43,502 nucleotides of DNA from Eubacteriales bacterium (GCA_045129415.1 JBGVJM010000050.1:1-43502); one strand, 5' to 3'. Counted from the stretch's first letter, positions 16,302 to 26,112 are shown. The notes: generated by a model not told the origin, from the letters alone. Numbers and translations are program-made.

Positions 16302-16332
16302 AAAAACACGCCAACTCACAGGAGCTGGCGTG
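16302..16332 (-). terminator. Strong terminator-like hairpin between the response-regulator stop and the htrA SD
   Basis: Minus-strand RNA forms CACGCCAGCTC-CTGT-GAGTTGGCGTG (11 bp, one G-U) followed by TTTTT. It lies 22 nt after the RR stop and 15 nt before the htrA ATG. On the plus strand the same position is an A-C mismatch. Confidence 0.6.
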
Positions 16333-16354
16333 GCTTTTAACCTTAACGTGGATG

Positions 16355-17047
16355 TTAGTCAAGTATTTCAAACTTATAGCCTACGCCCCAAACGGTCTTG
16401 ATCATCCAACGCTCGGAAAGACCGTCCAGCTTTTCGCGCAAGCGCTTGATGTGAACGTCAACCGTGCGGGAGTCGCCGAGATAATCAAAGCCCCAGACCT
16501 TGTCGAGAAGCTGATCTCTGGTAAACACGCGGTTGTAGTTGGATGCCAAGAAGTAGAGCAATTCTAACTCCTTGGGAGGAATGTTTACACTTCTGCCGCG
16601 AAGCTTAAGCTCATATTTCTGCAAGCTAATCTCTATGTTTTCAAATCTGATGACCTCGTCATCTGCGGTAGGAACACCTGCGCGGCAACGACGGAGAACG
16701 GCTTTGATTCTTGCGGAAAGCTCCTTGTTATCTATGGGCTTGACCATATAATCGTCAGCTCCCAGCTCAAGACCGAGCACCTTGTCAAAAACGTCTCCCT
16801 TGGTGCTGACCATTATGATGGGCTTTTGCGAAACCTCGCGGATCTCGCGGCAAACCTGCCAGCCGTCCTTCTTGGGAAGGGTAATATCAAGCACGGTTAT
16901 GTCGGGATCGTACATTTTGAAGAAAATAAGTCCCTCGCTTCCGTCCGATGCAACGCGAACCTCGTACCCCTCGGTTTCAAAATAGCTCTTTATGTTCTCG
17001 GCGAGAACGGGCTCGTCCTCGATGATGAGAATTTTCGTATCCATCAT
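16355..17047 (-). CDS. OmpR/PhoB-family response regulator (receiver plus winged-helix)
   Basis: KILIIEDE, the acceptor Asp in VLDITLPKKDG, MVSTKG and YMVKP are receiver motifs. The C-terminus has ...TVDVHIKRLREKL...TVWGVGYKF. GGGAGG lies 8 nt upstream of the ATG. Confidence 0.9.
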   Translation of the reverse strand: MMDTKILIIEDEPVLAENIKSYFETEGYEVRVASDGSEGLIFFKMYDPDITVLDITLPKKDGWQVCREIREVSQKPIIMVSTKGDVFDKVLGLELGADDYMVKPIDNKELSARIKAVLRRCRAGVPTADDEVIRFENIEISLQKYELKLRGRSVNIPPKELELLYFLASNYNRVFTRDQLLDKVWGFDYLGDSRTVDVHIKRLREKLDGLSERWMIKTVWGVGYKFEILD

Positions 17048-17324
17048 ATTCTTTACCTCCCTTGGTAAAAGTAATGCGATTTTTCGTAATTTTTACTTTA
17101 AATTATCCACGCGAATTTTTTGTGAACACAGCGTTAATTCTTAACGAATTTTGCCTAAAAAATTAACTTTGTTAAATTTATCGTCACAAGTAATCCTAAA
17201 TTAGTTTATCGTGTGTTAATAATTATATCACACAAAATGCGATTTGTATAGTATTTTTGAAATTTTTTTGATAAAATTTTTAACACATTTCACATTATTT
17301 TTATATTGTGTTTAGAAATTGGTC

Positions 17325-17353
17325 TTGAAATAAACACAAATATGTAATATAAT
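17325..17353 (+). promoter_or_regulatory. Putative ychF promoter TTGAAA-N17-TATAAT
   Basis: TTGAAA is at 17325-17330 and TATAAT at 17348-17353. Confidence 0.5.
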
Positions 17354-17411
17354 ATTTGGGATAATGATAAAATGCGAAAAAATCGCGACAAAAAGAGAGA
17401 GGACATATAAA

Positions 17412-18506
17412 ATGAAGCTTGGTATAGTTGGACTTCCCAACGTAGGAAAATCAACACTTTTTAATGCATTGACAAACGCGGGGGCGGAGAGCGCAAACTA
17501 TCCCTTCTGCACAATAGAGCCCAACGTTGGCGTGGTTACCGTTCCCGACAGCCGCCTTGACGTGCTGGCAAAAATGTACGACCCCAAGAAGTACACTCCC
17601 GCCATCATTCAGTTTGTGGACATTGCGGGACTTGTAAAGGGCGCGTCTCAGGGCGAGGGACTCGGAAACAAATTCTTGTCCAATATCCGTGAGTGCGATG
17701 CCATCGTGCACGTTGTTCGTTGCTTTGAGGACGACAATATTATCCACGTGGACGGCTCGGTCGATCCCATGCGCGATCTTGAAACCATAAACATGGAGCT
17801 TATCTTCTCGGACATGGAAATGGTGGAGAGAAGAATAGACAGGACCAAGAAGGCTATGAAGGGCGACAAGACACTCGCATCGGAGCTCGCATTGTTTGAA
17901 AAAATATATGCAACGCTCGAGCAGGGACTTTGCGCCAGAACCATGGACTTAAGCGAGGACGAGCTTGCTTGTCTTTACGATACGCCCCTGCTTACCATGA
18001 AGCCCGTAATTTACGTTGCAAACGTTTCCGAGGATGACGTTGCCGGTGAGCCTACCGAAAACGAGGCTTATATGAAGCTCAAGGCGTTTGCCGAGACCGA
18101 AAAGAGCGGTGTAATTGCCGTTTGCGCGGGTATTGAGGCGGAGATCGCCGAGCTTGAGGGCGACGAAAAGCAGATGTTCCTTGAGGACATGGGAATTGAG
18201 GAGAGCGGTCTTGACAAGCTTATCAAGGCGAGCTATTCCTTGCTCGGACTTATCAGCTATCTTACGGCAGGTCCCGAGGAGGTTCGCGCTTGGACTATAA
18301 CGCGCGGAACAAAGGCTCCTCAGGCGGCAGGAAAGATACACTCGGACTTTGAGCGTGGATTTATTCGCGCCGAGGTCATCGCATTTGACGATCTCGTTTC
18401 TTGCGGTAATATGGTAGCCGCAAAGGAGCAGGGTTTGGTGCGCTCCGAGGGTAAGGAATACGTAATGAAGGACGGAGACATCGTTCTTTTCAGATTTAAC
18501 GTATAA
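17412..18506 (+). CDS. ychF: Redox-regulated ribosome-binding ATPase YchF
   Basis: [21 protein letters not shown]...[11 protein letters not shown]...[10 protein letters not shown] with a C-terminal TGS-like [17 protein letters not shown] 17412 was chosen over the track start at 17364. Confidence 0.95.
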   Translation: MKLGIVGLPNVGKSTLFNALTNAGAESANYPFCTIEPNVGVVTVPDSRLDVLAKMYDPKKYTPAIIQFVDIAGLVKGASQGEGLGNKFLSNIRECDAIVHVVRCFEDDNIIHVDGSVDPMRDLETINMELIFSDMEMVERRIDRTKKAMKGDKTLASELALFEKIYATLEQGLCARTMDLSEDELACLYDTPLLTMKPVIYVANVSEDDVAGEPTENEAYMKLKAFAETEKSGVIAVCAGIEAEIAELEGDEKQMFLEDMGIEESGLDKLIKASYSLLGLISYLTAGPEEVRAWTITRGTKAPQAAGKIHSDFERGFIRAEVIAFDDLVSCGNMVAAKEQGLVRSEGKEYVMKDGDIVLFRFNV

Positions 18507-18519
18507 AGGACATTTTGCA

Positions 18520-19170
18520 ATGAGAATGAGAAAGAAAAAGCACGGCGAGGAGAGGATAAGAGCCTGCGCCGAGCTACTTATAGAGGATCCTTCCGTATTG
18601 AAGGACGATCCGCAAGCTCCGTTTGCGGACAAGAGCCGAAAGCTGTGTCTTGAAATAGGCTGCGGAAAGGGTAACTTCGCCGTTGGAACGGCGGCAAAGG
18701 ATCACGATTGCAACATTATCGCTATGGAAAGAGCAAGAGACGTTTGCTGTCTTGCGCTTGAAAAGGCGATGGCGCAAAAGGACACAAGACCTGACAATTT
18801 GCGCTTTATAATCGGAGATGCGGACAAGCTTGAGGAATGGTTTCCCTGTGGATGTCTTGATGTTCTTTACCTTAATTTCAGCGATCCTTGGCCCAAGGCA
18901 GGACATGCCAAGAGAAGACTTACGCACAGAAACTATCTTGCAAAGTACAAAAAGCTTCTCAAAGAGGGCGGTCTTTTGATATTCAAGACCGACAACGTAG
19001 GACTTTTTGACTTTTCGCTTGAGGAATTCTCGGAGTTCGGTCTTACGGTTGAGTGGATGACGCGCGACCTGCACAACAGTGAGCGCGCCTGCGGCAACGT
19101 AATGACCGAATACGAAAAGAACTTTTCCGAAAAGGGATTTACCATCAATTCCGCGATAGTAAGGTTTTAA
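18520..19170 (+). CDS. trmB: tRNA (guanine-N7)-methyltransferase
   Basis: LEIGCGKGNF (SAM motif I) and LNFSDPWPK are characteristic TrmB motifs. Confidence 0.9.
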   Translation: MRMRKKKHGEERIRACAELLIEDPSVLKDDPQAPFADKSRKLCLEIGCGKGNFAVGTAAKDHDCNIIAMERARDVCCLALEKAMAQKDTRPDNLRFIIGDADKLEEWFPCGCLDVLYLNFSDPWPKAGHAKRRLTHRNYLAKYKKLLKEGGLLIFKTDNVGLFDFSLEEFSEFGLTVEWMTRDLHNSERACGNVMTEYEKNFSEKGFTINSAIVRF

Positions 19171-19171
19171 T

Positions 19172-20101
19172 ATGAAAAGAAGTGAAAACGATAACCTGCC
19201 GGGCGGCGTGCTTGCCGTACGTAAGGAGCAGGGAATGACCTCGCACGACGTGGTGAATCGCGTGCGCAGGCTATACGATACAAGGCGCGTTGGACACGCG
19301 GGCACGCTTGATCCTCTTGCCGAGGGTGTACTTGTCGTGCTTGTGGGCAGGGCGGCGAAGGCTTGCGAGTACATCTCGTCGGACAAAAAGACCTACCGCG
19401 CAACTTTGCGCCTTGGTCTTACCACCGATACCGAGGACATAACGGGCGAGGTGTTGACCAAAACCGACGAAATTCCGTCTGCCGACAAGGTATATGAGAC
19501 CTGCCGCAATTTTGTTGGACAAATAAAGCAAATACCGCCGATGTATTCGGCATTGAAGGTGGGCGGACAAAAGCTCTATGACCTTGCGCGTCGCGGAGTT
19601 ACCGTTGAGCGCGAGGCGAGGGACGTGACTGTTTACCGTCTTGACTGTCAAGCGGTTGAGGGCATCCAAACCGACTATATTCTGACCGTTACGTGCAGCG
19701 GCGGAACTTATATCCGCACCCTTTGTGCCGATATAGGCGCGGAGCTGGGCTGCGGCGGTGTCATGGCAACGCTTGAACGACTTGAAGCTTGCGGTATATC
19801 CGTTGGCGAATGCCATACGCTTGCCGAGCTTGAAGGAATGAGCGAGGACGAGCGCCAAAATTTGCTTTTACCTACGGAACGCATTTTTGAGGATCTGGAG
19901 AGCGTTTGTCTCCCTGAATTTTTTGAAAAGCTGTTTCGCAGCGGATGTCCTGTATATCAAAAAAAGATAAGGACATCGCAAGCGGTCGGCTCACGTGTGC
20001 GCGTTTGTAATGCCAACGGAGATTTTTTTGCACTCGGTCAGGTGATCGATAGTGAAGAAGGAAGCGCGATAAAGTCAATAAAAACGTTTGAATTAAAATA
20101 A
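19172..20101 (+). CDS. truB: tRNA pseudouridine(55) synthase
   Basis: GMTSHDVV and GHAGTLDPLAEGVL (catalytic Asp motif) are followed by a C-terminal PUA-like segment. The start is 1 nt after the trmB stop. Confidence 0.9.
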   Translation: MKRSENDNLPGGVLAVRKEQGMTSHDVVNRVRRLYDTRRVGHAGTLDPLAEGVLVVLVGRAAKACEYISSDKKTYRATLRLGLTTDTEDITGEVLTKTDEIPSADKVYETCRNFVGQIKQIPPMYSALKVGGQKLYDLARRGVTVEREARDVTVYRLDCQAVEGIQTDYILTVTCSGGTYIRTLCADIGAELGCGGVMATLERLEACGISVGECHTLAELEGMSEDERQNLLLPTERIFEDLESVCLPEFFEKLFRSGCPVYQKKIRTSQAVGSRVRVCNANGDFFALGQVIDSEEGSAIKSIKTFELK

Positions 20102-20107
20102 TGAAAA

Positions 20108-20132
20108 GGGAGAAGTGTTTTGCACTTCTCCC
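20108..20132. terminator. Bidirectional intrinsic terminator
   Basis: GGGAGAAGTG-TTTTG-CACTTCTCCC hairpin between convergent truB and the aspartokinase gene. Confidence 0.75.
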
Positions 20133-20139
20133 AAGCTTT

Positions 20140-21465
20140 TTATTTTACAAATTCATTGTAGATAGCGGCAAGAGCCGTAGTAAAATCCTCGTCGTTTACA
20201 CCGACGACGATGTTCAACTCGCTGGAGCCCTGATCTATCATTTTTACGTTTACTCCCGCATTTGAGATGGCGGTGAATACACGCGCCGCAGTACCGCGCG
20301 CCTTAATCATTCCGCGACCGACTATGGCGATGAGCGCCAAGCCTTCTTCAACGGCGATGCTGTCGGGACGGGTGCGTCTTGCAATGGCGTTTATGACCTT
20401 GTCTCTGTGCTCCATAAATTGCGCGGTGGAAACGAAAACGCTCATGGTGTCGATTCCCGAGGGCAAATGCTCAAAGGAAACGCCGAAATCCTCAAGGGAT
20501 TCAAGTACCTTGCGGCCAAATCCTATCTCGGAGTTCATCATATCCTTTTCAACGGTTATTACCGAAAAGCCCTTCTTTCCCGCGATACCCGTAACCACGT
20601 GCTCGGGATCAAGTCCCGCCGCCTGTGAAACTATCATAGTTCCGCGATCCTCGGGGCGGTTTGTGTTCTTGATGTTTATCGGGATGCCCGCGGTGCGCAC
20701 AGGGAATATCGCATCCTCGTGAAGAACCGTTGCTCCCATATAGGAAAGCTCGCGAAGCTCGCGATAGGTTATCGTATCTATGACCTTGGGATTCTTGACT
20801 ATTCTGGGATCCGCCATCATAAAGCCGGAAACGTCGGTCCAGTTCTCGTAAAGATCCGCCTCGGCGGCACGCGCAACGATAGAGCCCGTAATGTCGGAGC
20901 CTCCGCGTGAGAAGGTTACGACGGTACCGTTGGGGCTTATACCGTAGAAGCCGGGTATGACGGCATATTCGTGATTTTTAAGCTCAAGGGAAAGTGCGTC
21001 GTTTGTCTTTTCCTCGTCAAGCATTCCGTTGTCGCGGAAGAATATAACGTTTTCCGCGTCAATGAAATCAAATCCCAAGAATTTTGCCAGGATGATGCCG
21101 TTGAGGTATTCTCCTCGGCTTGCGGCATAGTCTCTTCCCGAGCTGTGGAGGATGGCGTTTTTGATGTAATCGAATTCTCCCGAAAGATCAAGGGAAATGC
21201 CAAGCTCTGAAATGATGGAATTATATCTTGCTTTTATTTTTTCATAATATGTGTTGATCTCCTCGGCGGAGGCGCGGGAGCGCACCAGCTCGTAAAAGCG
21301 GTAAAGCATATCCGTCACCTTATCGTCATCGGGGAATCTTTTTCCCGGAGCCGAGGGAATAACGTAGCGGCGGTCTTTGTCTGACTTGACTATGGATGCG
21401 ACCTGTCTGAAATGCTCCGCATCCGCCAAGGAAGAGCCGCCGAATTTAACGACCTTAAGACTCAT
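20140..21465 (-). CDS. Aspartate kinase (monofunctional, C-terminal ACT domains)
   Basis: MSLKVVKFGGSSLAD..., SRGGSD, and C-terminal ACT-like repeats (IAIVGRGM...VNVKMIDQGSSELNI). I chose ATG 21465, whereas the track ORF extends to 21567. Confidence 0.9.
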   Translation of the reverse strand: MSLKVVKFGGSSLADAEHFRQVASIVKSDKDRRYVIPSAPGKRFPDDDKVTDMLYRFYELVRSRASAEEINTYYEKIKARYNSIISELGISLDLSGEFDYIKNAILHSSGRDYAASRGEYLNGIILAKFLGFDFIDAENVIFFRDNGMLDEEKTNDALSLELKNHEYAVIPGFYGISPNGTVVTFSRGGSDITGSIVARAAEADLYENWTDVSGFMMADPRIVKNPKVIDTITYRELRELSYMGATVLHEDAIFPVRTAGIPINIKNTNRPEDRGTMIVSQAAGLDPEHVVTGIAGKKGFSVITVEKDMMNSEIGFGRKVLESLEDFGVSFEHLPSGIDTMSVFVSTAQFMEHRDKVINAIARRTRPDSIAVEEGLALIAIVGRGMIKARGTAARVFTAISNAGVNVKMIDQGSSELNIVVGVNDEDFTTALAAIYNEFVK

Positions 21466-21538
21466 ATAATAATATCTCCATTCTTCAATCCTCGGAGCGA
21501 TTTCGCCCCGATGTGTCAAAAAACAACAATATATACAT

Positions 21539-21567
21539 ATTATATGAAAAACAAGCCGACTTGTCAA
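21539..21567 (-). promoter_or_regulatory. Exact consensus promoter TTGACA-N17-TATAAT for aspartokinase
   Basis: The minus strand reads TTGACAagtcggcttgtttttcaTATAAT. The leader to the ATG is about 67 nt and contains a GGGGCG-AAAT-CGCTCC hairpin. Confidence 0.6.
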
Positions 21568-21659
21568 GAGTCAAGACACATAAAAGAGTGTGGCGAAGCC
21601 ACAAAAGAGGGAATGGCACGAGACGAGCCTTAAAGTCGTTTTGACAAAAGAAAAACTCC

Positions 21660-21688
21660 TTGACGAAACGGGGATAATATGTTAGAAT
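21660..21688 (+). promoter_or_regulatory. Putative promoter TTGACG-N17-TAGAAT for the DUF1015 gene
   Basis: Read directly from the plus strand. Confidence 0.45.
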
Positions 21689-21716
21689 AAATTTAATATT
21701 AAAAATGGAGGGCGCA

Positions 21717-22976
21717 ATGAAAGCTTATCTGTATTCCGCGGATATATATCTTCCCGAAAGGGATAAGGTCGACCTTGACAAATGGGCGTGTGTTGCCTGC
21801 GACCAGTATACCAGCGAGCATGAATATTGGAACGGACTTTACGACTACGTAAAGGATGCACCCTCAACGCTGCATCTCATACTTCCCGAGGCGTTTTTAG
21901 ACAAGACCGACGCGCTTGTTCCCAAGATCAACGCACGAATGAGGGAGTATCTTGATATGGGCGCGATCGAGCTTTCCTTGGACGCCATGATATACCTTGA
22001 AAGAGAGCAGGCGGACGGACGCATCCGTCGTGGAATCGTTGGAGCGATCGACCTTGAGGAATATGATTTTCATAAAGGCTCGAAGACTCTTGTCAGAGCG
22101 ACCGAGGGAACGGTGCTTGACCGAATTCCGCCCAGATTGAGAGTGAGAAGAGGTGCGCCCATTGAGCTTCCGCATATAATGATGCTTATTGACGACCCCG
22201 ACTGCACGGTCATAGAGCCGATAGCCAAAAAGTCGGGTGAGTATAAAAAAGCCTACGACCTTGAGCTTATGGGCGGCGGCGGTCACGCGCATGGATATTT
22301 TGTGGACAAGGCAGATGTTGGCGCAATAAATAATGCACTTTCCGTACTTGCAACGTGCGAAGAAATGAATAAAAAATACGGTGTTTCGGCGGAGCCGTTG
22401 CTCTTTGCCATAGGCGACGGAAACCATTCGCTCGCAACGGCAAAGTCGTTGTATGAGGAGATAAAGTCCGAGATGGGCGAGGCGGCGGCAAAAAATCACC
22501 CCGCAAGATACGCGCTTTGCGAGATGGTCAATCTTCACGATGCGGCGCTTGACTTTGAGCCGATATACAGGGTTTTGTTCGGCGTGAATGCCGAAAAATT
22601 TGCTCGCGACCTTAAAAAACACCTTGACGGTCTTTGCGGAGATGCCTCGGCGCAGGAGTTTAAGCTGGTATGGAATGGCGGAGAGACAACGCTTTGCTGT
22701 GAAAATCCATCCGCTCAGCTTGCGGTTGGAACGTTGCAGGACTTTCTTGACGGCTACGTGGCGGAGAACGGAATAGAGATAGATTACGTTCACGGAGAAG
22801 ACAGCGTAAGGGCGCTTTGCCAAAGAGATGACACCGTGGGAATACTTTTTGACGGCATGAGCAAGGATATGCTGTTCAAAACGGTGATCCTTGACGGCGC
22901 ATTGCCGCGAAAGACCTTTTCAATGGGACATGCGCACGACAAAAGATACTATATTGAGTGCAGAAAGATCAAATAA
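21717..22976 (+). CDS. DUF1015-family protein (function unknown)
   Basis: MKAYLYSADIYLPE...WACVACDQYTSE...GDGNHSLATAK matches my recollection of the DUF1015 family pattern. ATG 21717 is preceded by GGAGGG. Confidence 0.75.
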   Translation: MKAYLYSADIYLPERDKVDLDKWACVACDQYTSEHEYWNGLYDYVKDAPSTLHLILPEAFLDKTDALVPKINARMREYLDMGAIELSLDAMIYLEREQADGRIRRGIVGAIDLEEYDFHKGSKTLVRATEGTVLDRIPPRLRVRRGAPIELPHIMMLIDDPDCTVIEPIAKKSGEYKKAYDLELMGGGGHAHGYFVDKADVGAINNALSVLATCEEMNKKYGVSAEPLLFAIGDGNHSLATAKSLYEEIKSEMGEAAAKNHPARYALCEMVNLHDAALDFEPIYRVLFGVNAEKFARDLKKHLDGLCGDASAQEFKLVWNGGETTLCCENPSAQLAVGTLQDFLDGYVAENGIEIDYVHGEDSVRALCQRDDTVGILFDGMSKDMLFKTVILDGALPRKTFSMGHAHDKRYYIECRKIK

Positions 22977-22991
22977 TCGCACGTTTATTGA

Positions 22992-23020
22992 TTGACAACC
23001 GCGCATGTGTTTGATATAAT
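22992..23020 (+). promoter_or_regulatory. Exact consensus promoter TTGACA-N17-TATAAT (TGn extended) for cysS
   Basis: TTGACAaccgcgcatgtgtttgaTATAAT. Confidence 0.6.
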
Positions 23021-23073
23021 GAAAAGTGAGCCCGATTTCGGGCGGACGCGTTTATAATGAAACGGAGATAGAT

Positions 23074-24525
23074 ATGTTACTTTACAATTCCGCAACCAGA
23101 AAAAGAGAAGAATTTGTGCCTCGCGAGGCGGGAAAGGTCAGCATGTACACCTGCGGACCTACCGTTTATCACTATGCGCACATAGGAAATTTGCGCACAT
23201 ATATTATGGAGGACGTGCTTGAAAAGTATTTGTCATACTCGGGCTACGAGGTAAACCGTGTTATGAATATAACCGACGTAGGACACCTGTCCAGCGACGG
23301 TGACACGGGTGAGGACAAGATGCTCAAGGGCGCAAAGAGAGAAAAAAAGACGGTAATGCAGATAGCTCAGTATTACACCGATGCTTTCTTTGCAGATTGC
23401 GCAAAGCTTAATATAAAGACACCCAAAACGGTACAGCCCGCAACAGGATGTATCGCCGAGTTTATCGCACTTGTACAGGGACTTCTTGACAAGGGCTTTG
23501 CATACGAGGCAGGCGACAACGTTTACTTTGACACCTCAAAGCTCAAGGAATATTACGTTTTCCACGACTTTACCGAGGACGATCTTGAGGTCGGCGTTCG
23601 CGAGGGCGTTGAGGGTGACGACAACAAGAAGAACAAGGCGGATTTCGTGCTTTGGTTTACCAAGTCCAAGTTTGACGACCAGGAGCTCAAGTGGGAGTCT
23701 CCCTGGGGCGTAGGATATCCCGGCTGGCACATTGAGTGCTCGGGAATATCCATGAAGTATCTTGGTGAATATCTTGATATTCACTGCGGCGGAATTGACA
23801 ACCAGTTCCCCCATCACACCAACGAGATAGCGCAGTCCGAAGCATATCTTGGACACAAGTGGTGCAATTATTGGTTCCACGTTTATCATCTTAACACCAA
23901 TAGCGGTAAGATGTCAAAGTCGAGCGGCGAGTTTTTGACGGTTTCGTTGCTTGAGAGCCGTGGATATGATCCTTTGGCATACAGATTCTTCTGCTTGCAG
24001 TCTCACTATCGCAAGTCGCTTGTTTTCTCTTATGAAAACCTTGACAACGCGGTAACGTCATATAACAAGCTCGTAGCGCGCATATCACAGCTTGATGAAA
24101 AGGACGGTGCTGTGGACGAGGTAGCCTTTAACGATGGTAAAAAGAAGTTCACCGATGCGCTTGATAACGACCTTAACACCGCGCTTGCGGTTACCGCACT
24201 TTACGATGTGCTGAAATTGAGAACCAACGGCGCTACCAAGCTTGCGCTCATAGCCGACTTTGACCGCGTTTTGTCGGTTGGTCTCATAGAGGCGGCAAGC
24301 AAGGTAAGAGCGGCACGTGCCGAGGAGGAGAAAAAGGCGGCGGCAGCTCCCGAATACGATATGAGCGATCCGCTCGTCGTTGAGGTGCTTGACCTTATCG
24401 AAAAGAGAAAGCAGGCAAAGAAGGAAAAGAACTTTGCCGAGGCGGACCGCATTCGTCAGTATCTCGCTAACAAGGGCGTGACGCTTATTGACGACCGCAC
24501 GGGAACGACCTTTAAGATAGGCTGA
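23074..24525 (+). CDS. cysS: Cysteine--tRNA ligase
   Basis: CGPTVYHYAHIGNLR (HIGH motif), KMSKSSG (KMSKS) and a Cys-tRNA synthetase-type anticodon-binding tail. ATG 23074 is preceded by GGAG at 6 nt. Confidence 0.95.
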   Translation: MLLYNSATRKREEFVPREAGKVSMYTCGPTVYHYAHIGNLRTYIMEDVLEKYLSYSGYEVNRVMNITDVGHLSSDGDTGEDKMLKGAKREKKTVMQIAQYYTDAFFADCAKLNIKTPKTVQPATGCIAEFIALVQGLLDKGFAYEAGDNVYFDTSKLKEYYVFHDFTEDDLEVGVREGVEGDDNKKNKADFVLWFTKSKFDDQELKWESPWGVGYPGWHIECSGISMKYLGEYLDIHCGGIDNQFPHHTNEIAQSEAYLGHKWCNYWFHVYHLNTNSGKMSKSSGEFLTVSLLESRGYDPLAYRFFCLQSHYRKSLVFSYENLDNAVTSYNKLVARISQLDEKDGAVDEVAFNDGKKKFTDALDNDLNTALAVTALYDVLKLRTNGATKLALIADFDRVLSVGLIEAASKVRAARAEEEKKAAAAPEYDMSDPLVVEVLDLIEKRKQAKKEKNFAEADRIRQYLANKGVTLIDDRTGTTFKIG

Positions 24526-24541
24526 CGGATTGGAAGATCGC

Positions 24542-25060
24542 ATGATGTCAAAAATAAAGGAATTATTAAATAAGTATCGCGAGATAGTGATGTATCTCGT
24601 GTTTGGAGTTATGACCACGCTTGTGGGCTGGGCGGTGTATTTCGCCGTGCTTTGGGCGTGGAAGGGAATATTCTCGTTGCCCGTGGACGACACGGCGAGT
24701 GCTACCTATATCGCGGGATATACCGTGGCACAGGTGGTTCAGTGGGTTGCGGCTGTGCTGTTTGCCTTTTTTACAAATCGAAAATGGGTATTTACCGATG
24801 CCGACAAGAGCGTATCGGTGGGTGTTCAGCTGGTAAAGTTTTCGGGCGGACGAGTAATAACCTTTTTTGTGGATTACCTTGTCACCTTGTTTGCGGCGAT
24901 GGGCGCGGCGGCGCTTTTGCCCGCACTTACCAGAGTTGAGCTTTTGGGCAAGGAGTGGAATCTTTGCGAGATCGGAGCCAAGGTGATCGCGGCGATCATC
25001 GTTATCGTGTGCAATTATATCTTCAGCAAGCTGTTCGTATTTACGAGAAAAAAGCAATAA
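24542..25060 (+). CDS. GtrA-family membrane protein
   Basis: About 172 aa with 4 TM segments. F..VG...T....... then FFTNRKWVF and NYIFSKLFVF are typical GtrA-like patterns. Confidence 0.75.
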   Translation: MMSKIKELLNKYREIVMYLVFGVMTTLVGWAVYFAVLWAWKGIFSLPVDDTASATYIAGYTVAQVVQWVAAVLFAFFTNRKWVFTDADKSVSVGVQLVKFSGGRVITFFVDYLVTLFAAMGAAALLPALTRVELLGKEWNLCEIGAKVIAAIIVIVCNYIFSKLFVFTRKKQ

Positions 25061-25070
25061 AAAGTCAAAT

Positions 25071-25111
25071 GTTGCCAAGCCTTGTATCAAAAGGCCTGGC
25101 AACTCTTTTTT
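25071..25111 (+). terminator. Intrinsic terminator after the gtrA-like gene
   Basis: GTTGCCAAGCC...GGCCTGGCAAC stem (one mismatch) followed by TCTTTTTT. Confidence 0.55.
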
Positions 25112-25146
25112 GGTCAAAAAAGGCGAGGAATTCTCGCCTAAAAGTA

Positions 25147-25175
25147 TTGACAAAGGTTGTGAAATATATTAAAAT
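25147..25175 (+). promoter_or_regulatory. Putative promoter TTGACA-N17-TAAAAT for yicC
   Basis: Read directly from the plus strand. Confidence 0.5.
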
Positions 25176-25227
25176 AAATATATATGCGTATATTTTAGAT
25201 AGTAATAAACATATAAGGAATCAAATT

Positions 25228-26112
25228 ATGCTTAGAAGTATGACGGCTTTCGGAAGAGAGCGCAGGACTGTCGGCGGAAAGGATATTACCGTTGAGATAA
25301 AGTCCGTTAACAACCGATATTTTGACTGTCAGGTAAGAATGCCGCACCTTTATGCTCCGCTTGAGCAGAGAATAAAGCAAAGATTGCAGGAAGTGGGAAT
25401 TTCTCGCGGCAAGGTAGACGTTGGAATCTTCGTTGAGTTTGAGGATGACGGCGGCGAGATAACCGTAAACGAAGCTTACGCCGAAAAGTATATAGCGGCT
25501 TTGCGTGAATTGAAGCAGCGCTTTGCGCTTGACGGCGAGATAACCGTTATGCAGGTAGCGCATGATAAGGAAGTTTTCGTCACTAAAAAAGCGGAAGCTG
25601 ATATGGAAGCCGAGTGGGCTGACCTTTGCTCGGTGCTTGACGCAGCGGCGGAAAAATTCATAGAGGCAAGAAGACAAGAGGGCGAGCGCATACAAAACGA
25701 CCTTTCGGCAAAGGTGGAGCATATAAAAGAAGTTGTTTCTGACATCGAACGTCGCTCGGGTGACGATATCGGCGGATATAAAAAGCGTCTTGAGGAAAAG
25801 CTCCGTCAGGCTCTTGCCGATAACAACATAACCATTGACGAAAACCGTATATTGACCGAGTGCGCAATTTATGCGGACCGCGCGGCAATAGACGAGGAGA
25901 TAGTAAGACTCAAGTCGCATTTCGTTGCATTTTATAACTACACGAAGGCGGACGAGCCCGTGGGAAGAAGCCTTGATTTTCTTATTCAGGAAATGAACAG
26001 AGAGGTCAACACCATAGGTTCAAAGTGTCAGAATTCGGGAATTGCTCACCTTGTGGTTGAGTGCAAGACCGAGATCGAAAAGATACGCGAGCAGATCCAG
26101 AATATCGAGTAA
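25228..26112 (+). CDS. yicC: YicC/YloC-family endoribonuclease
   Basis: [10 protein letters not shown]..., SVNNRYFD, and the C-terminal [17 protein letters not shown] motif. Confidence 0.9.
   Translation: MLRSMTAFGRERRTVGGKDITVEIKSVNNRYFDCQVRMPHLYAPLEQRIKQRLQEVGISRGKVDVGIFVEFEDDGGEITVNEAYAEKYIAALRELKQRFALDGEITVMQVAHDKEVFVTKKAEADMEAEWADLCSVLDAAAEKFIEARRQEGERIQNDLSAKVEHIKEVVSDIERRSGDDIGGYKKRLEEKLRQALADNNITIDENRILTECAIYADRAAIDEEIVRLKSHFVAFYNYTKADEPVGRSLDFLIQEMNREVNTIGSKCQNSGIAHLVVECKTEIEKIREQIQNIE

Noticed and set aside
21466-21538. A lysine riboswitch or T-box leader might be expected upstream of aspartokinase.
   Set aside because: With the consensus promoter at 21539-21567, the leader is only about 67 nt and holds a single 6-bp hairpin. 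That is far too short for an L-box (about 180 nt) or a T-box (about 200 nt or more).
23021-23073. A T-box leader might be expected upstream of cysS.
   Set aside because: The leader downstream of the consensus promoter is about 50 nt with one small hairpin (GCCCG-ATTT-CGGGC). I saw no specifier or antiterminator architecture.
25121-25139. A second hairpin AGGCGAG-GAATT-CTCGCCT after the gtrA-like terminator. Its T-run is present only on the minus strand, so it would act as a terminator for a minus-strand transcript.
   Set aside because: No minus-strand gene converges here, because yicC downstream is on the + strand. It is probably just part of a bidirectional insulator, and I did not think it merited a feature call.
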